Positions 10,141 through 15,853 of a stretch of DNA of 15,853 bases are shown in pieces; within the stretch, counting starts at the first letter, position 1; each line of letters opens with the position of its first letter. Source of the stretch: Rotaria sordida (Eukaryota); assembly GCA_905250005.1 (NCBI GenBank), contig CAJNOH010003090.1, positions 1 through 15,853 on the forward strand, written 5' to 3'. The notes under the pieces are model-generated. The model did not search any database, had not been told where the DNA came from, and saw only the letters and a list, made by a program, of their open reading frames with translations. The translations under genes and the position numbers were made by a program.

Positions 10141-11181
10141 ATGCCATCAACTATTCTGGTTACAGGTGCGAATTCATTTATTGGTGGGTGGATTGTGAAA
10201 TATCTTCTTGAAAAAGGATACAACGTTCGTGGAACAGTTCGATCCCAAGCCAAAGAATCGCAAGTTCTCGATGGTATTTCCCAGGATGATCGAAGTCGAA
10301 TTTCATTTGTATACGTGAATGATATCACTACCGATTCATTCGATGAAGCTGTTCAAGGAGTTGATGGCATCATTCACGTTGCCTCACCATATCATTTTAA
10401 AGTTACGGATCCGGAAAAAGATTTACTTCTACCAGCAATCCGTGGAACTGTGCGAATTCTACAGGATGCTCATCAATACAACAAAAACAATCAAAACAAG
10501 ATTAAACGAGTCGTGATTACATCGTCATTCGCTTCAGTTATCGATCCAAGTAAAGGACTTCGGCCAGGCTACTCTTATACCGAAAAAGATTGGTCTCCAT
10601 TAACTTATGAACAAGGTGTTGCAGCAAAAGATGATCCATTTACAGCCTATCGCGTATCTAAAGTATGTGCTGAACGTGCTGTATGGGAGTTTATTGACAA
10701 AGAAAAACCTTCATTTACAATTGCGACTATATGCGAACCGATGGTATTTGGCCCACGTGTTGGTGGTTTTAACTCACCCGATGATTTAAATACTTCTAAC
10801 ACGTTAGTATGGTCACTAGTTACAAGTGGTAAAGATACTAAAGTGCCAGAAACACATGCACCACTGGAAGTTGACGTCAGAGATGTAGCTTATACACATA
10901 TAGCAGCTTTAGAGCGATCGATAGACACAAACGAACGTTATCTAATAGCAGCAGGAAGCTGGAGTTTTCAAGAAATAGCTGACATTGTTCACGAAAGTAG
11001 CGTTATTCCGAAAGCTATCAAGGATATAACACCAATTGGTACAAAAGGTCAACAGCAACCAGATCATTTTACCATCGATAGTTCTAAAGCACAAAAGGAA
11101 TTAGGTGTTACATACATTCCTTTTAAAAAGACGATGGAAGATTTAATTTTGCAATTAGCAGAATTACAGAAGAAATTGTGA
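10141..11181 (+). CDS. Extended SDR family NAD(P)-dependent oxidoreductase (epimerase/dehydratase; dihydroflavonol-4-reductase / GRE2-like)
   Basis: 346-aa ORF. N-terminal Rossmann motif TGANSFIGG; RGTVRS after beta-2; TSSFASV; catalytic Y170-x3-K174 (YRVSK) followed by CAERAVWEF; IHVASPYHF typical of DFR/GRE2-like reductases. Full-length, uninterrupted. Confidence 0.93.
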   Translation: MPSTILVTGANSFIGGWIVKYLLEKGYNVRGTVRSQAKESQVLDGISQDDRSRISFVYVNDITTDSFDEAVQGVDGIIHVASPYHFKVTDPEKDLLLPAIRGTVRILQDAHQYNKNNQNKIKRVVITSSFASVIDPSKGLRPGYSYTEKDWSPLTYEQGVAAKDDPFTAYRVSKVCAERAVWEFIDKEKPSFTIATICEPMVFGPRVGGFNSPDDLNTSNTLVWSLVTSGKDTKVPETHAPLEVDVRDVAYTHIAALERSIDTNERYLIAAGSWSFQEIADIVHESSVIPKAIKDITPIGTKGQQQPDHFTIDSSKAQKELGVTYIPFKKTMEDLILQLAELQKKL

Positions 11182-11308
11182 CACTAAACATGAACGGGTA
11201 TTGAGTAGTTCTTCTATTTTGACTGTATCCTTTGACTATGTTTGTTGTGATTTTACGATAGTGATTTTCATTGGGATATCTGTTCAAATATATAATCATA
11301 TTCTTCAG

Positions 11309-11314
11309 AATAAA
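11309..11314 (+). promoter_or_regulatory. Candidate AATAAA polyadenylation signal for the SDR gene
   Basis: AATAAA about 130 nt after the TGA at 11179-11181. Confidence 0.5.
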
Positions 11315-11472
11315 ATATGCGTGTCCAAATCAATCTTCATTCTGCTATCTATTGTCTCTCAATCGTAAAGCTAGAACATAGGGATTAGTTGCATGCAATG
11401 ATCAACTTTCAATAGATTTGATATGGAAGTATCATTATATCATTCATAGTTTTCAAATGCTTAGTTACAGAA

Positions 11473-11570
11473 GGTGTGGGTGTGGGTGTATGTATGGGCG
11501 TAGGTGCGAGTGTGCGTGCGGGTGTCAGGCGTGGGTGAGTGTCGGAGAACTGAAGATCCACACCCACACC
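11473..11570. repeat. Second telomere-like inverted repeat with a degenerate G-rich tract
   Basis: GGTGTGGGTGTGG (11473-11485) and CCACACCCACACC (11558-11570) are exact reverse complements; the tract between (GGTGTATGTATGGGCGTAGGTGCGAGTGTGCGTGCGGGTGTCAGGCGTGGGTGAGTG) looks like decayed TGTGGG-type units. Confidence 0.8.
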
Positions 11571-11656
11571 CTTTTTTGTACTTCAAAAAAAAAACGTAAA
11601 TTTTGGCAGTGTATCACCTGGCGTTCAGTCACCTTAATGCCTACCAAAGACCAATA

Positions 11657-11717
11657 TCGAGTCGAGTCGAATCCCTTAAAATATATGTCGAGTCGAGTCA
11701 AACTCGAAGGACTCGAC
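11657..11717 (+). repeat. Short GAGTC/CGAGT-rich degenerate repeat cluster
   Basis: CGAGTCGAGTCGAATC ... GTCGAGTCGAGTCAAACTCGAAGGACTCGAC: pentamer CGAGT/GAGTC iterated, and its inverse ACTCGA at the right side. Confidence 0.6.
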
Positions 11718-13842
11718 TTTTTAGGTACTGCTGATAGATTTCATCAGTTGACTCTAGAGAGGACCCGATTCCATTCTCAGAATAGCGGTCAATGTGAGGA
11801 AGTGACAAGGCCTTATTTATTCCTCATTGTTCGCTATTTTAAGCCTATAGATATGAATGTATATGCTGGTGTAGTTGCAAAGATAACCCACCTCACAATC
11901 ACACCGATATAATCTTACAACATTTGATTATGTTACTTTTATTCAAAATTCTTGAATGTCTTATCAGTAAGACTCTCTGAATAAGTTATCCATGTTTTAA
12001 TAGTAGTCAAATGAATGTCGACGAAAAATGATTCACGAAATACATGTCGTAGAGAAATAAATCATTTAAAAAAAAAGTACTATTTAAACTTGCGAATAAT
12101 TATGTAGACTTCTATCAAATCTTGGTGTGAAAATTAAAAAGAATATAGCATTGGGTAACTGTTTGTTAATCTTCAACTCCTCGTGTCTATAATAAAAACA
12201 ATCCGACGAGAAATATTACGAACAAGTTTCAACAATAACGGTTTCGGCTTCATCTTTATTTTCGGACTTAATTTATGCATCTGCTCAAGAATATGCTTAG
12301 TTTATCTATAATTTGTACTTGTATACTCTTGAGAAAAATAATCGACTACTTCTTTCTAAGTTGATTTGCTTGCAAATTCGACAATCTTTACTACAGCTAC
12401 ATTTTCATGTTCGAAATAAACTCAAGCATATATACAAAATATCATGAGAACTATACATGTGTACAACTTTATCAAAAAAGTTCATCTAAGAGAACAATAT
12501 TGTATACTAATGTAGGCAAGAAACCTTGAATTGTCGATATTTCTGTAGAAATGAATTGATAGTGTTAATCTGTTGTCTGGATGAGTGTGAAAATCAGCCT
12601 ATTAATTAGCAAAATCGTTTCGTTTTTGCATTTTTACAAGTCTTTTCATATAAGAGACCAAGCAGCCATAGAAATTTAATATGTTTGTGCAAAAGCTGAG
12701 TCTTATGACTTTTTACGGACTCGGATACAAGTAAAAGTGCTGTTTTTGGAATATTAACGAAGAAAGTAGCAACAAGGGTAGCGACGATTCTTCGATGAAG
12801 ATGATTATGATTATTATGACAATTAAGCCGGAAGTAAACAAAACTTTTCCTGTAAGAATTAAGGACACATTGCTTTCTATTGCATCATGCAACAGTTAAC
12901 ACATGGTTTACTTTGTTTATTGAAATAAATCAAACTTCTACTATTGTCAGTTTCTTTTCATTCGAAAATTTAAGTTTTATAATGTATATTTGATCATCAA
13001 AAAAATATTTTTAAAGAGTCAAATAGTGATTGAACAGTATTTTAATCAGATTTCCGTTTGAAATGTTTGTATCACACAATTATATCATAATCCGAAAGTA
13101 CGTGCGAATTTTTTTAGTGAGTATATATCAATTAGAACTCAAGTTCATCAGTTAGTACAGTACGTTTAACAGACATAGAAGAGCTCGGAAATCAGTTGTT
13201 GTAGTTAGCCTCTGTTTTTTTATTTAACGCCCTATCGCTAATAATAAACAGAAACCTAATAGAACCTGAATTCTGTCTCTACTCATAAAGACATATTACC
13301 AAATTAGATTGGTTATGAATATATATATAAAGGAGATATCCTGACCGATGCTCAAATTCATACTATAGTCATAGTCACAAACATAACCAGAGGCACACTA
13401 GTTCAAAGTTGAAGTTGACATATTCCTAATCGACTCAAAATCACATCATTTATTAGTATTTTAACCCATACATTTATAATAAACTGAAGCAAAGAAAAAA
13501 AAATTGATCATCGAATCCCATAGAGATCAGTTAACTGGATGTCCAGTAGAATTGATTCTAGTTCTACTGAAACAAACCCAAGTAAAGTTATTAATGAAAA
13601 TCTTTTTTCAGTTCCTATAATCAGTGAACAGTTTTTAATTATTACGGATTCCGATATCAAAAAGTTCGCTATTTTCGCAGCGTATGGGTGCAGGCAATTA
13701 GTAGACATTCATTCACACTTTACCCACTCTTGGCGTTCGAAACAATCTAAATTCAGCAAAGAACTTATATGTAAAAGTCTCTAAATAGGGAAAACAAAAT
13801 ATAATAGCAATGCATCTATCTAATATTAAATGCCAATACGTT

Positions 13843-13848
13843 TTTATT
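13843..13848 (-). promoter_or_regulatory. Candidate polyadenylation signal for the DEG/ENaC gene
   Basis: TTTATT on + (AATAAA on -), about 85 nt downstream of the stop codon. Confidence 0.45.
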
Positions 13849-13931
13849 CTGATTTTTATTTTACATCTCTTTCTAAAGTTTTTTTCTTTGTTATTGACAG
13901 CAAATAACCGTGGCTTGTGCTAATGAGACTC

Positions 13932-14070
13932 TCAATAAACTAGATTATTATTAGTTGTAGGATTCGATTTAGTTGTTGCTTGTCGTTTTACAAAAACAAT
14001 ACATTTAACAATCATTTTAAATAGGACTTCACCAAATTCAATAACACCAAGTATACTCAAACCAAGCCAT
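13932..14070 (-). CDS. DEG/ENaC-family cation channel, exon 2 (TM2 and short cytoplasmic tail)
   Basis: After acceptor ...CAACTTTAG the joined reading is GGQTG-I-WLGLSILGVIEFGEVLFKMIVKCIVFVKRQATTKSNPTTNNNLVY*, containing the family GxS selectivity motif (GLS) and the pore/TM2 helix; stop TGA at 13934-13932. Predicted protein about 518 aa. Confidence 0.92.
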
Positions 14071-14128
14071 CTAAAGTTGTAATGAAATATGTTGCAGTAA
14101 TCAATTGAAAAATAAAATGACAACTCAC
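14071..14128 (-). other. 58-bp spliceosomal intron of the DEG/ENaC gene
   Basis: Minus strand GTGAGTTGTC...CATTACAACTTTAG; removal restores the conserved GGQTG-[L/I]WLGLS reading across the junction. Confidence 0.92.
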
Positions 14129-15546
14129 ATTCCCGTTTGACCACCGATAGAACTGAACAGATCAACTATCAATATTTTGGCCTTCTGATTGTAAACAATG
14201 ACATAATAATTACTATAAGTGATTGTTACTTTTAAAAGATTATTATTGAGATACGTGTCCGATTTAAGAGCAAAATCATCGGGTAACAAAATACTAGAAG
14301 AATTCGATTGCTTATCTAATAGCCTTTTAGCTAACGATGCTTTCTGTTTCGGTGATGGATATGAAAGAGCACTCGATACAGCATGAAAATCAGTATTTTT
14401 GCATTCCGGAGTGCATTGTGGACACCATTTTTTGTAATCTATGTCTTGAGTTTTGAATGCTGGCACAGTCATGAGCGCACATTTTTCTTCATCGGTATCT
14501 GGAATGCAAATATTGGCTGCCTTAAGACTGTTGCTGTCGACAGACCAGACATTTCGTTGAAAGAAAGGAAACGGTAAAATACAAGAACAGAAAACATTAC
14601 TTATTAAATTTAAACAAGACTCTTGACATATACTTTCTGAATAAGTAACTTTGCCCATAGAATCCTTACCAAATGCTGTCTCATAAATGTCACGTAAGTC
14701 ATCTTCAACTGAAGATGTGCAATTAGTATAAGGTTTAGATAATAAATTTCTTTCGGTCTTTGAAAATAAGATCGTATGAGAGAGACCTGGTTGAAGTCGA
14801 AATCCATTCTTAACAACTAATGGAAATTCATTATTTTCGTGTATTGACACAATTAAACCTTCGTCAAAGTACGACACTGGATAATAAGATTCACGTGGAA
14901 TATAAAATTGCATTGATAAACCTTCGAATCCAATGTTCAACGAACTCACGTTTCGAATTGTGAATAAATTCTTCATTTTACCATTCCAGTTAAATGTATA
15001 ACAATTACCGAATTGTGGCGATAACGAATGAGTAAAATATGATGAACAGTTAATGCCATTGTAAGAACAATTAATTAATATATCTGATAATTGAAATCCA
15101 AGATCGATTAATTCATTTCTTTGATTACGATTAAATATATCGACAACAAGTGGTTCAACTAATGTTTCGAGATCAACCTTTGTCACATTAATTCCTATAC
15201 GTTTAGCATAAGCTAATAGTGATGCATTTGTTTTATCGTTTCTCAATGGATGAGCACTGCAAATAGTCACTGCTGGAAAAATCATGTTATATTCATTTCG
15301 AATCTCCATATCAATTTGTGTTGGATAAGACAAATATTGCATTCCGGATGTAATAATAAAAAATAACATCCAACCCAAAGCAAACATAAAACTACATATC
15401 CAAAGTATTCGATTTGATGTACTGTAAGCTTCAGCAATACATCGAAGTCCATGTGTTGTTGAAGAAGTAAGATAGTTGACAAAGATCGAACGATAACTTT
15501 GTTCGATAAATGAATATTGTTTTTCTTGATTTGTTGCTGTGTCCAT
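14129..15546 (-). CDS. DEG/ENaC-family (amiloride-sensitive / ASIC-like) cation channel, exon 1 (TM1 + cysteine-rich extracellular domain)
   Basis: Within the 523-aa minus-strand ORF. Likely start MDTATNQEKQYSF at 15546; TM1 ILWICSFMFALGWMLFFIIT; post-TM1 FPAVTICSAHPLR; GFRLQPGLSHTILFSK; YSESICQESCLNLISNVFCSCILPFPF; C-terminal SSIGGQTG. Exon ends at donor AT|GTGAGT (intron starts at 14128). Confidence 0.93.
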
Positions 15547-15853
15547 TGAGTCAACTGATTTGGCTATGTGTATAATTATATGTTGTAATTGCTTTTTTAT
15601 TAGCTTGCAGCAATAAAAAGGATACCTTATGAGATATAAAAAAAACCCTATGCAGTACGTATGAAAGCGAGAAAAAGAGAGAAGAAAAAAATACAAATCA
15701 TAATATATTATTATTTTTGGTGACTTTACAAAGTCTTCATTAAGAATCTGTTATTTGGCATGTTATATAAACATTCACATATGGTGCTTCGAGAGATATA
15801 TAAAATTTTTTATGGTTATTTGTTATATGGTTTTATTTTACAGAAAAGCAACG

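Noticed and set aside
10053-10328. 91-aa minus-strand ORF
   Set aside because: Overlaps the start of the SDR gene in antisense with no recognisable domain.
11418-11912. 164-aa ORF containing CGCGCMYGRRCECACGCQAW
   Set aside because: Cys/Gly-rich section is just translation of the TGTGGG-like repeat tract; it also crosses the CGAGTC cluster. No independent coding evidence.
13539-13784. 81-aa ORF (MSSRIDSSSTETNPSKVINENLFSVPIISEQF...)
   Set aside because: No recognised domain, no splice or promoter context; could be an exon of an unknown gene but unsupported without transcripts.
15282-15554. 90-aa minus-strand ORF (MTQWTQQQIKKNNIH...)
   Set aside because: Alternative frame of the DEG/ENaC exon 1; the channel frame has clear family motifs.
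1-15853. CRISPR arrays, operon-like defence systems, tRNA/rRNA genes, bdelloid spliced-leader gene
   Set aside because: No regularly spaced repeats, no T-arm/B-box-like tRNA signatures, and no match by eye to the spliced-leader sequence; the window is eukaryotic with introns and polyadenylation-like signals.

Overview
AT-rich eukaryotic window that looks like bdelloid rotifer DNA (inference from a ~58-bp intron, an NHL-repeat family fragment, TGTGGG-type telomere-like motifs and sparse genes). Three protein-coding loci are supportable: (1) a decayed NHL-repeat (beta-propeller) gene at ~6176-7153+, with two TGA codons interrupting one reading frame and a probable third nonsense change (TAA) near its end; (2) an intact 346-aa extended-SDR / NAD(P)-dependent epimerase-dehydratase family oxidoreductase at 10141-11181+, with no intron inside the ORF and resembling fungal/plant-type DFR/GRE2-like reductases, so an HGT candidate; (3) a two-exon DEG/ENaC-family cation channel gene on the minus strand (15546-14129, 58-bp intron, 14070-13932), whose second exon supplies TM2. 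The clearest mobile DNA is a 1226-bp hAT-like non-autonomous element (1873-3098) with TAGAGGTGTAAGCCG terminal inverted repeats, a perfect 8-bp duplication GATACATG and GCC-rich subterminal repeats. It contains a second, 333-bp TIR element (2539-2871; GGCCTTGTCTACACTA termini, ATA flanks). Two short loci (8041-8089 and 11473-11570) carry head-to-head TGTGGG/CCCACA inverted repeats resembling bdelloid telomere repeats. I found no convincing evidence for a novel multi-gene system; most six-frame ORFs of 60-100 aa look spurious.
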